A DNA stretch of 64,000 nucleotides, taken from IMG/VR virus record IMGVR_UViG_3300036770_007539, positions 124,001 through 188,000 of that record; one strand, given 5' to 3'. The notes beneath the pieces were generated by a model that saw nothing but the letters and a program-made list of their open reading frames with translations, did not search any database and had not been told where the DNA came from. Shown one piece after another: positions 1-8,856 of the stretch (position 1 is the first letter of the stretch; each line of letters begins with the position of its first letter). A program made the translations under genes and the position numbers.

Positions 1-1
1 G

Positions 2-1222
2 CTTCAAGAATTATCAGAGTTCTTAACAAAGAACCCAAGTAAAGCCCCAGAAGCAAATAAGGCTGATTTTGATACCATTATGTTCGTTGGGAGATCCAAT
101 CAAAAAGGAAGCCTAGATGGAGATTGGGGCAGAAGAACCACCAGCTCAATCACCGCTGCAAACAAAGCAACTAAATTAAGTTTAACTCCTTCTCCTTCAA
201 ATAAAGCTGATGAATCAGTTTTATCGAATGAAGCTACTAAGAACACTCAAGCCATACAAAATTGGCTAGACAATAACGGATGGACAAGAGCAGGGGAGAG
301 ACCAGCAGTGGAGCTTGACAGAATTTCCATGGCTATATTTGATTATACTTCCGAGGCAACTGCCCAACAAGATCCAAATGGAACTCCATTAAAAGATAAA
401 GATCTATCTTCCTTATATGCTTTTTATAAATATTTAGAAAAATTTGTTTCAGAACTAAGTATATTGCCTAAAGATCAATGGTTTTTAATATTTAGCTGGT
501 TTAACGGCAGAGTGGAGGCATTACTTGGATCTGAACAAATTCCAGCAGGTAAAAAACCTATTTTTAATACTTATAAAAATTATATTTCTAATTTAAATTT
601 AAAATTTAATCAATTAATTGATGCTTATAAAATTACTGAAGGTCAAGTTCTTGGAGAAGACTTCTTTAAGCTTGATTCTGGAGCGGGCGGTGGCGGAATA
701 CCTATTGGTCAAAGCGGAGTGCCAGGTCAAGGTGGTCCGGACGGTGGCTGGGGACCTGGTGGTCAAGTCGGTCCCGGAGGCAAAGGATTTCAATATGGTA
801 CCATTGAAGAAGGAGAAGGCGATGTAGATCTCGATGAACCGCCCTTTGGTCCTAATGGAATTAATTTAAACTCTCCTCACTTTGATGGTTTTGAATTAGG
901 ATTCAAGAAAAAATTCCCCATATCCTATTTTAAATATAGAGCCGTTGATGTCGCAAGAACTTTATTTGCAAAAAACCATCGGTACACAGAATCTACAAGA
1001 GAATTGACCCTTAAGTGTGTTGATGATTACTCAATATTTTTAAGTAATTTGCAAGTAGCAGTTTCTGCTGCTCTTGATAGTTATAGAGAAAAAGCCAATC
1101 CTCCTGATGAAGTTTTTGAAATAGTATATAAAAACAGTGTAACAATTGGTAGAATGATCAGCAGTCACTTAAGTCAATTAACTGATGTGGCAAGACAAAT
1201 GGCAGCCGGAAGAACTCTATGA
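2..1222 (+). CDS. Hypothetical virion/internal head protein, 5'-truncated; peptidoglycan-binding-like motif and Gly/Pro-rich linker
   Basis: Frame is open from base 2, upstream of the ATG at 80. DGDWGRRT resembles the PG-binding DGxxGxxT signature. Contains a GVPGQGGPDGGWGPGG stretch and overlaps the next gene at ATGA. Confidence 0.55.
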   Translation, partial: LQELSEFLTKNPSKAPEANKADFDTIMFVGRSNQKGSLDGDWGRRTTSSITAANKATKLSLTPSPSNKADESVLSNEATKNTQAIQNWLDNNGWTRAGERPAVELDRISMAIFDYTSEATAQQDPNGTPLKDKDLSSLYAFYKYLEKFVSELSILPKDQWFLIFSWFNGRVEALLGSEQIPAGKKPIFNTYKNYISNLNLKFNQLIDAYKITEGQVLGEDFFKLDSGAGGGGIPIGQSGVPGQGGPDGGWGPGGQVGPGGKGFQYGTIEEGEGDVDLDEPPFGPNGINLNSPHFDGFELGFKKKFPISYFKYRAVDVARTLFAKNHRYTESTRELTLKCVDDYSIFLSNLQVAVSAALDSYREKANPPDEVFEIVYKNSVTIGRMISSHLSQLTDVARQMAAGRTL

Positions 1223-2553
1223 ATCTCTCCAAAGAAGAAATAAGCCTTTTAAGAGAATCTTTTCTTTTTGAAGAAGTTGAAAAGCTTTGCTTTCCTCAAC
1301 ATATTCAAAAAACAGCAGGATTGTTTGAAACCCTAGGTCTATCTTCTGTTCAAAATTTTTTACAAGACTTTTCTTCAAGATACATAAAAGACTCTTCCGA
1401 AACCCCAGGCGGATACATTACATCTATGCTTAATGTTTTATCAGCTGGCGTTTTATTTAGAATTAATCCTATACTGGGAGCAATCTATCTTGCTTTAGAT
1501 GCCTTCGGCTATAACATTTCTGATATGGCTAAAAAATTGGTTAAATACCTCAAGCCTAAATTAGAAGAAAAAGGCGAAGTCTCTAGCAAAGAAATTAACG
1601 AAGCAGCTGCCTCATTATTTGGAGGAATGGGAGAGTTTGCCATCAGCATGGCTGATGATGGGATTGTCGCCTCTGCTAGTAAAGAAAGTATCTCAGAAAT
1701 TATATTTGAAGAAATTCTTAAAGAAGCATCCCTAATTGAAGGGATAGATAAAATTGCCGCTCAAGAAATTGAAAAAACAGCAATTGGATGGCAAGATGAA
1801 GTAGATAAATATTATAAATCAAAATATTATGGCAAAGGAACTCCCGGTTCTCCGTTTTTATTCGGAGGAGGAAAAGAAGTTCCCATTATTCAAAGAATAT
1901 TTGGCAATCTTTTTAATAGACCAAATGGCGCCAGTAGACTTAAATGGTTCGGCGTCGGAATAGTTGCCTGGATAGTTAAATCTCTTTTCGCAGGTGCCCT
2001 TTTACTTTCTATTGGTAGAGGAGTTTCAAAATTAATAGGTCTTCCCGATCCAAAAGATCAAGCGCAGAAAGAAGAGCCTTCAACAAAATCTGAAATTGAA
2101 AACCCCTTCACGTTTGCAGAAAAAGAAGAAAAAGAAGAAAGAAAAGAAAAAGAAGAGCAAATAAGCCCATCAAAAAACTCCGGTCTTATTTGGGTAGTTC
2201 CTTTGGTTGGCTCTAAAACTGTAAAAGATACAATTAGAATTTGGACTTTAGATCTTTATTTGGATTCGCTTTATGAAAAATATCTAAAACAAGGACCTAA
2301 AAGCTTTGAAGAGTTGATGAAATCAGATCAATTTAAAGTTGAATCAAAAATATCCGAAGCAATAAAAAGATCACCAAAGTTTAACTCAATAGTTAATGGC
2401 ATTGAAATGTATATTAAAGATAGCAAAGGCACCGGATTTGAAAAGCTTAGAGGCAATCAATTGGTTATGCCAAAAGAATACTCCTCCATAAGCCAAGTTG
2501 TCAATCAGTTTATTGATGAAGTTGAAGAAAATTTAAAAAAGGGAATTAAATGA
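1219..2553 (+). CDS. Hypothetical protein with hydrophobic helices (candidate internal head/ejection protein)
   Basis: 444 aa, translationally coupled to both neighbours; hydrophobic segment WFGVGIVAWIVKSLFAGALLLSIG; several K-x-A motifs. Confidence 0.55.
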   Translation: MNLSKEEISLLRESFLFEEVEKLCFPQHIQKTAGLFETLGLSSVQNFLQDFSSRYIKDSSETPGGYITSMLNVLSAGVLFRINPILGAIYLALDAFGYNISDMAKKLVKYLKPKLEEKGEVSSKEINEAAASLFGGMGEFAISMADDGIVASASKESISEIIFEEILKEASLIEGIDKIAAQEIEKTAIGWQDEVDKYYKSKYYGKGTPGSPFLFGGGKEVPIIQRIFGNLFNRPNGASRLKWFGVGIVAWIVKSLFAGALLLSIGRGVSKLIGLPDPKDQAQKEEPSTKSEIENPFTFAEKEEKEERKEKEEQISPSKNSGLIWVVPLVGSKTVKDTIRIWTLDLYLDSLYEKYLKQGPKSFEELMKSDQFKVESKISEAIKRSPKFNSIVNGIEMYIKDSKGTGFEKLRGNQLVMPKEYSSISQVVNQFIDEVEENLKKGIK

Positions 2554-3962
2554 AATTAAAGAGCAGCGATGTTTTTGAAGAATATGCCAGAATTGCTATG
2601 GAACAAGGTTTAATTTCCACAGCCGCAGAAGAGGATTCTAAAGATGATTCTAAAAAAGAATCCGAAAAATCCAAAAAAGAACCCAAAGAATTATCTTCTG
2701 CCGAAATTTTTTATGGCATCAAAAACAAACCCATTTCAGAACTATTAGAAGAAGCTCATCCTAAAACTGTAGTCATGGGTCCTTCCTATGATAAGTTTAA
2801 TGGAGTCGTAGAAAATCTCTCTCAAAGATCCGATATGATGCAACATATCGCATTGAAAAATCCCGCCATTTTACAAACCAATCACCGATACATCAAAGCT
2901 CATCAAGATCTGTTAAATGAAACAGTAAAATTAGGATTCTATCTAGATAATTCTAATAATGAAAAATTAATGAAATTAGCAGATTATTGTACCGCATTCT
3001 TAAATAAAACTATTGAAAATCAAGAATTTTTTAAAAGTGCAAATCCATTTTTTGCAGCAGGGGCGTTGGGAATGCTTACCAAATGGGTAGCAATTCTCGC
3101 TGGAGCCGCTCTTGTTACAGGTACAGTTGCCAGCAATATGTACACTTCTCAAGGTATCAAAAATGACATTACCAATTTTACTGAAAGATTAAATAAATTA
3201 AAATCAAAATATCCAGAGATTAGCAAATTTTTTCATGGTTACAATGAAAAATTACAAGAATTAAAAGCAAAAATTATAAAATTAGAAAAAATTGGAAAAG
3301 ACCTTAAATTAAAACAATTAGAAGTTTTAAAAAATACTAATAAAAAAGTTCAAGAAAGAAAATTCAAAGAACTTTCTAAACTTATTAAAGCCAACAGAAT
3401 TGATGAGAAAATTAAAAGTGATTCAGATCAATTAGTAGAATTATTAGATAATATTATTGATCATAAAAGCATCCTCATTCCAACATTGCAAGAAGCTAAA
3501 TCTGAATATTCTATACCCGAAACCACCTTTGAACAATGGATGACTAGAGTTAAAGAACAAGTGGTTCAATCTAAAGAAGATGATGTCGTAGATATTATGA
3601 ACACAATTACCGAACAAGCTGAAAATTACAAACAAGTCATTGAAACTAATTTAATGAACATTGAAGAACTTGCCGGAAAAGCTTCGGAATACTCCGATGA
3701 ATATCAAGAAGAATATTCTGATGAATATGAAGAAGACGCCGAAGACTATGAAGATTCCCTAACTCAAAAAGTACAAGAATCAAGACGCCGACCATCAAAA
3801 ATGTATCAAGAGGACGAAGACGAAGACTATGAAGCCGTTGAAAATTTTCAAAGATCTTTCATCGATGGCGCAGCCAGCAAAGCTCGCGATAAAGCAAGAG
3901 GATTAACTCCAGAACGCTCTTATTACAGAGACCCCTTGGTCGAAGCCTTTAGCAAAGTATGA
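2550..3962 (+). CDS. Hypothetical coiled-coil protein with one hydrophobic segment and an acidic tail (candidate internal head/ejection protein)
   Basis: 470 aa; hydrophobic FFAAGALGMLTKWVAILAGAALVTG, then a K/E-rich helical region and an EYSDEY repeat. Confidence 0.55.
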   Translation: MKLKSSDVFEEYARIAMEQGLISTAAEEDSKDDSKKESEKSKKEPKELSSAEIFYGIKNKPISELLEEAHPKTVVMGPSYDKFNGVVENLSQRSDMMQHIALKNPAILQTNHRYIKAHQDLLNETVKLGFYLDNSNNEKLMKLADYCTAFLNKTIENQEFFKSANPFFAAGALGMLTKWVAILAGAALVTGTVASNMYTSQGIKNDITNFTERLNKLKSKYPEISKFFHGYNEKLQELKAKIIKLEKIGKDLKLKQLEVLKNTNKKVQERKFKELSKLIKANRIDEKIKSDSDQLVELLDNIIDHKSILIPTLQEAKSEYSIPETTFEQWMTRVKEQVVQSKEDDVVDIMNTITEQAENYKQVIETNLMNIEELAGKASEYSDEYQEEYSDEYEEDAEDYEDSLTQKVQESRRRPSKMYQEDEDEDYEAVENFQRSFIDGAASKARDKARGLTPERSYYRDPLVEAFSKV

Positions 3963-4618
3963 GCTTTACAGAAGATGCCGCTACCTTGTGGGATAAACCT
4001 ACCGCTACTCAAGTGGTTATCCCACAAGAAGCTAGAAACTTCCAACGACCACAAAGACAATTCCAACACTCTACCGTTCCATTAGAAGATGATAATATGG
4101 CTGCCGATACCAATACCATTATGCAATTTCAACAGTTCCTTAGAGGTTGCCCCCTAGGAATTTGTTATTCCGGTCCCATCGACGGAGAATCTTCTACTAA
4201 ATTACTCGCCGCCGTCTATTCCCTAGAATCTACCGCTAATAAAACCTTTCAAGAAAAAATTAATTTAACATCTGCCGCTGGATTGTCTCTCTCCGAATTA
4301 AATAAATTAAAATCATTAATCGCTAAAAATAAAAATAACCCGCCCACAGAAACATCCCCCCAAACAACCGAAACCCCACAAAAATTATCCAACTTAAATA
4401 AATTTCAAAAAGCTTTTAAATTACCAATATCTGATACCCTAGATCCAATACTAATTCAAAAATTAAAAGCAAAAGAAAAAGAAATAGCCGCTTATATCGA
4501 AGATTCTAGCGTGATCGGTATGATCGTTAAAAATAACAAAATCAATGTCTCCTTCCAAGATTTTATCTCTGCCCTCAATTTAATTAAAAAATTTAAAGCA
4601 AAAGAACAAAACCTTTGA
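3959..4618 (+). CDS. Hypothetical protein with degenerate peptidoglycan-binding-like motifs
   Basis: 219 aa; YSGPIDG and LNKFQKAFKLPISDTLD resemble PG_binding_1 helices. Confidence 0.5.
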   Translation: MSFTEDAATLWDKPTATQVVIPQEARNFQRPQRQFQHSTVPLEDDNMAADTNTIMQFQQFLRGCPLGICYSGPIDGESSTKLLAAVYSLESTANKTFQEKINLTSAAGLSLSELNKLKSLIAKNKNNPPTETSPQTTETPQKLSNLNKFQKAFKLPISDTLDPILIQKLKAKEKEIAAYIEDSSVIGMIVKNNKINVSFQDFISALNLIKKFKAKEQNL

Positions 4619-4640
4619 TATAATATTTAACATATTCATA

Positions 4641-4655
4641 TAATATTAAAATATA
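4641..4655 (+). promoter_or_regulatory. Putative late promoter motif YAATAT-N4-ATATW
   Basis: TAATAT-TAAA-ATATA; the same pattern recurs upstream of other structural genes at 12534, 13075, 25142, 25622, 31907 and 46149. Confidence 0.45.
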
Positions 4656-4721
4656 GCTTTAGAACTATTGTTAGTTCATTCGTAAGACCGGAGTAAGTTT
4701 AATTTTTTATAAGGAATTCAC

Positions 4722-5369
4722 ATGGCTTTAAAACCTCTTAATCCAAAACATGAACCCTATGGCGTATTCGACGGACTTGATGCAGAAGTTACTGCTCTCA
4801 AAGGCGGCGAAGTTGTTGCTTTTACCTACGTCGCTAAAGGTAGCTCCGTAGACAAAGGCTCAGCCGATCTCAATGACGGCTACGTCTCTGATACCACTCA
4901 AACCCGTCCAGCAGTTACCAAAACTTTAGCATCTGGCGTTCGTCCCCTCTTCCTCGCTGATGAAGGCGTTTCCGGTTACGGTACACTCTTCGGCGTCGTC
5001 GTCGGCGGCACCTCAGGTCAACAAGTTTCAGGCTCTGCCCTCGGTCCTCACACCGCATACGCCTCTGGCAAAGTTACCCTCTGGGATGGTCCCGGTCTTT
5101 ATGCCGTTACCCTTGATGCAGTTGATACAACCGCAGCAACCGGCTTAACCAAAACCAACACCACCCTCGCTGGTAATGCAGCTCTCTACGCAACCTCAGC
5201 TGGTCTCTTAACCCCCAACTCCGCAGCTTCATTCGAAGTTGGTGGTCCAGTCGTCGGTCGCTTTATCGAATTTACCACCAATGGTTCATTCGTCACCACT
5301 CCATCAGATCTTGTAACCGGAGCAGTGAACTTCACTCAAGCAGTTCTCCGCTTCAAAGTAGAAGACTGA
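4722..5369 (+). CDS. Putative head decoration / capsid cement protein
   Basis: 215 aa, G/A/T/V-rich, immediately upstream of the MCP, with an AAGGA RBS and the same biased codon usage as the MCP. Confidence 0.65.
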   Translation: MALKPLNPKHEPYGVFDGLDAEVTALKGGEVVAFTYVAKGSSVDKGSADLNDGYVSDTTQTRPAVTKTLASGVRPLFLADEGVSGYGTLFGVVVGGTSGQQVSGSALGPHTAYASGKVTLWDGPGLYAVTLDAVDTTAATGLTKTNTTLAGNAALYATSAGLLTPNSAASFEVGGPVVGRFIEFTTNGSFVTTPSDLVTGAVNFTQAVLRFKVED

Positions 5370-5382
5370 TTTTGAAAAGATT

Positions 5383-5412
5383 TGAGGGGTGGCAGTCGCT
5401 GCCCCTCATTTG
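5383..5412 (+). terminator. GC-rich hairpin (weak terminator or processing stem) between decoration and MCP genes
   Basis: TGAGGGG...CCCCTCA inverted repeat followed by a short T run. Confidence 0.45.
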
Positions 5413-5475
5413 TCAAATAACAATAGAAATGCTTATCATTGTGATGAGCAGAATTAACTAAATAAGGATCCAATT

Positions 5476-8400
5476 ATGACTATGTTCAATTCAAAGGGCG
5501 AAGTTAACGCTTCTAGCGTTAAAGAAGCTCTCGAAGTTCTCTCAAAATATGCCTCAGTTGTTCAGAACGGTCTCCCCAGCAATTTCGCACTCGCTGGTCA
5601 ACCCGCTCTCTCCGATGAACGCCGTGACGAACTCGTTGCTCGCGCTATTTCCGACCAAAACGGCAAATTAGCTCTTGCACAAGCCATGGCTAACCCCATT
5701 AACCACTGATTTACGAGTGGGGTCTAAATTTGGCTATATGCTGGAAACTCTAAAAGCTTCAATACTTTGCACCCATACAAGCTAATCACCGTAGATAGCT
5801 TACCCATAGCAAAGTAAAAACTTGAAGATGACATAGACAATCAGCAGGAAAGATCGATAACATCGAAATCCCCAACGACTACATGCCAAACTCCTAAATA
5901 GGATGATGATATAGTCTGAACTTCATAGAAATATGAAGAGCTAAACAGAAATGATTTAGCCAGTCTCGGTAATCACTGTAACAAATGTCGTAAAAACTTA
6001 GATTACCAAGGTATCGCTCGTCGCGCCCTTGTAACCGATCCCTGAACATAGGTAGGGGATCTAAAATTTGGCTATATGCTGGGACAACTGAAAGCGAGAT
6101 TACTTGACTACACTATAGATTATGCACCGTAGCTAATCTTTTTAACCAAGTCAAGTTATAATATCAAGATGATACAGTTAATCAGCAGGAAAGATTTTAA
6201 TGATTGATAAAGATACTCTGTCCGAATTATACGTTAATAAAAATTTAACCTCCTACGAAATAGCTCAAATCTATCAAGTAGATAATTCCATCGTTCAAAA
6301 ACTTCTCATCGATCTCAATATCGATAAAAATCCTAAACAGCGTAAATATGAACTTATCAAAAAAGTTCCATTTACTCAGGAACAAAGAGATGCCATCGCT
6401 GGAATACTACTCGGTCAAAACCATGTCAAAAAACATGGAGACTCCTATAGATTAGAAGTTAAATATCCAGAATCAAAAAAAGAATTGACACTCTGGATTA
6501 AATCCATCTTAGGAAATTTTATTAACGTCATCCATAAAGAAGAAAAAAATAACTCGACTGTGCTTAGCCTTCAAACCGCTACCCATAACGAATTAAGCTT
6601 CTTCCACAAACTCTTTTATGAAAATAATAAAAAAGTAATTCGAACACAGCTAATCAATTATCTAACGCCTCTCTCTGTTGCTATATGGTTCTCTGATCAA
6701 GGAGAAATTAAAAATCATCTAACCATGAAATTTAATTCCAATAAGTTCTCCAAATCAGAACAAGAAACTCTTCAGTATATTCTAAAAGTTAAATTTAATG
6801 TTCGTACAAAAATTTGTACCTATCTTAAAAATAATATAGAATATCACTACCTCTCAGTTAATAAAGAAAATTCAGAAAAATTAACAGAGATAATTAAACC
6901 ATATGCAATATACTATCAATCTCTAAAATCCTCCTCAACGACTTTATGCCAAACATCTGAATCCAAAAATTTAGATGATGATAAAGTCTGATCTTCATAG
7001 GAACATGAAGAGCTAAGCAGAAATGACTTAGCTAGGGTAAATGCTCTATAACAATGCACCAATGTACCTCAAGGTGCTCTTCCCGTTTATCACCGTGATA
7101 TCGACGTAACCGCTGTTGTCGTTGCCAGCAACGGTTCACCTCCCGAATCACGTATCTTCGGCGAATCAGTCACAGTTCCTACTTTCGAACTTGCTTCAAA
7201 CCCCACCGTCCGTATCGCTGAAGTACGTCGTCGTCGCTTCAACGTTATCGACCGTGCAGTCCAAAAAGCTCGTCAAGAAATCATGGCTCAAGAAGACGCC
7301 AACGTCTTCGCAGCCCTTGATGCAGCTGCAAGCGTCGAAAACACCCTCCAAGACATTGCTGATACCGGTCTCCTCAAAGCCGACCTTCTCGAACTCAAAG
7401 CAGAAGTTGACAAATGGGACCTCGTAACCAGCAAATACTTCATGAACATCAAAGAATTCACCGATATCCTCAAATGGGCATCCGGTGGTGGTCAAGGAGC
7501 TGGTGGTGGTGAAATCGATCCCGTTAACTGTGTAGCGGCTTTAGCAGCGTGAGCAGCTAAAGAATAAAATTTGGCTATATGCTGGAAAATCTAGTAAGCA
7601 ATCTGTACTAAACATCCAAACAAACTTGGCACCGAGCCGGTTTAAAAAATAGTTTAGTAAAAATCAAATTGATATAGATGATCAGCAGGAAAAATCAATG
7701 AAAAAGATAGATATCCCAAAAGAAAAACTGATAGAATTATATTGTGAAAACAACCTCACAATGATTAAAATTGCAAAAATTTATAATGTAGACCGTACCA
7801 CGATCTCTAATAAATTAAAACAATTTCAAATTGATTCAAATCCAAATCAAAGAAAATATGAGAGCTTTAAAAATAAGCCCTTAACCAAAGAGCAAAAAGA
7901 TTTTATAGTCGGCTCTACTCTTGGAGATGCTTCAATTATACTTTCAGGTAGAAGAACAAGACCCTACTTTAAAGTATCTCACTGCGAGAAACAAAAAGAT
8001 TACCTAGTATGGAAAAAAGAAATTTTAGGCGATCTAGTAATAACAATTAGTAAAACTATAGATAAAAGAGGAAACTCTGTAATGTATGGTTTTAACACTG
8101 TCAGTCACGATGACCTAAGTTTTTTTAGAAAATTATTTTATATAGATAATAAAAAAATAATTAAAGATGAACTTAGCTCTCAATTATCTCCCCTGGGATT
8201 AGCTGTCTGGTTTATGGATGATGGTAGTAAATCAAATAAATGGAACTATAGATTTTCAACAGAAGGATTCTCCTACGAAGAAAATCTAAAACTAGCAAAT
8301 ATGTTAAAAATAAACTTTAATTTAAATGCTAAAGTTCTAGAATATACTAGAAGTAATAAAAAATATCACTACCTCTTCTTAAATAAAGAAAATGCAATCA

Positions 8401-8856
8401 ATATGACGAAAATAATTGAACCGTATATCGTTGATTGTATGAAATATAAACTAATTGATTGCTCCTCAACGACTACATGCCAAACTCCCGAAAAGGGATG
8501 ATGATATAGTCTGACCCATACAGGGATGTATGGAACTGAGCAGAAATGACTCAGTATGAATCAAAAAGATTCATTAACAATCTTGTACACAACGCGAAAT
8601 CCTCCAAACCGGTCTCTATGCTCGTATCTGGGGTGCAGACATCATGGTCAGCAAAATTGTTCCAGTTGGTACAGTTTACGCTTGCGCAGATCCGGAATTC
8701 GTTGGCGTCATGCCAGTAAGGCAAGACATCGAGGTATTACCCGCCGATGAGCCAAAGCGCCTCAGCCTCGGCTGGGTTGTTTCAGAAGAAATCGGCATCG
8801 GCATCCTCGTTCCACGCGGTGTTGCAGCTGGTCGCAAATCAGTAGCAGCAGGCTGA
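5476..8856 (+). CDS. Major capsid protein, spliced: join(5476..5699,5988..6043,7065..7524,8586..8856), 1011 nt = 336 aa
   Basis: Removing three group I introns restores one open frame: ...LAQAMANPI|RKNLDYQGIARRALVTDPL|PQGALPVYHRDID...GGEIDPV|TQREILQTGLYARIWGADIMVSK...SVAAG*. Size, position and highly biased codons fit an HK97-fold MCP. Confidence 0.9.
5700..5987 (+). ncRNA. Group I intron 1 of MCP (288 nt, no ORF)
   Basis: P1: exon ACCCCAU(5693-5699) pairs with GUGGGGU(5717-5723), with U.G at the splice site. P10: UUUACGA(5710-5716) pairs with 3' exon UCGUAAA. Terminal G5987. Core elements TTTGGC/GCCAAA (P3), AATCAGCAGG and GACTA/TAGTC (P7). Confidence 0.92.
6044..7064 (+). mobile_element. 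Group I intron 2 of MCP (1021 nt) carrying a LAGLIDADG-type ORF
   Basis: P1: exon GAUCCCU(6037-6043) pairs with GGGGAUC(6055-6061), with U.G. P10: AGGUA(6050-6054) pairs with 3' exon UACCU. Terminal G7064. Same core elements as intron 1. Confidence 0.92.
6200..6991 (+). CDS. Intron-encoded LAGLIDADG_2-like protein with N-terminal HTH; catalytic motifs eroded
   Basis: AIAGILLGQNH and AIWFSDQG align with the GxxLGD and WFMDDG motifs of the intron 3 ORF but lack the acidic catalytic residues. Confidence 0.8.
   Translation: MIDKDTLSELYVNKNLTSYEIAQIYQVDNSIVQKLLIDLNIDKNPKQRKYELIKKVPFTQEQRDAIAGILLGQNHVKKHGDSYRLEVKYPESKKELTLWIKSILGNFINVIHKEEKNNSTVLSLQTATHNELSFFHKLFYENNKKVIRTQLINYLTPLSVAIWFSDQGEIKNHLTMKFNSNKFSKSEQETLQYILKVKFNVRTKICTYLKNNIEYHYLSVNKENSEKLTEIIKPYAIYYQSLKSSSTTLCQTSESKNLDDDKV
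7525..8585 (+). mobile_element. Group I intron 3 of MCP (1061 nt) carrying a LAGLIDADG ORF
   Basis: P1: exon CCGU(7521-7524) pairs with GCGG(7535-7538), with U.G. P10: UGUGUA(7529-7534) pairs with 3' exon UACACA. Terminal G8585. Same core elements as introns 1 and 2. Confidence 0.92.
7698..8501 (+). CDS. Intron-encoded LAGLIDADG_2 homing endonuclease with N-terminal HTH
   Basis: FIVGSTLGDAS and LSPLGLAVWFMDDGS motifs; STEGFSYEE. Confidence 0.88.
   Translation: MKKIDIPKEKLIELYCENNLTMIKIAKIYNVDRTTISNKLKQFQIDSNPNQRKYESFKNKPLTKEQKDFIVGSTLGDASIILSGRRTRPYFKVSHCEKQKDYLVWKKEILGDLVITISKTIDKRGNSVMYGFNTVSHDDLSFFRKLFYIDNKKIIKDELSSQLSPLGLAVWFMDDGSKSNKWNYRFSTEGFSYEENLKLANMLKINFNLNAKVLEYTRSNKKYHYLFLNKENAINMTKIIEPYIVDCMKYKLIDCSSTTTCQTPEKG

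Noticed and set aside
5476-8856. ORF-track fragments 5476-5709, 7116-7427, 7283-7552, 8556-8750 and 8644-8856 as separate genes or a pseudogene
   Set aside because: They are exon pieces or off-frame shadows of the intron-split MCP; the spliced frame is intact.
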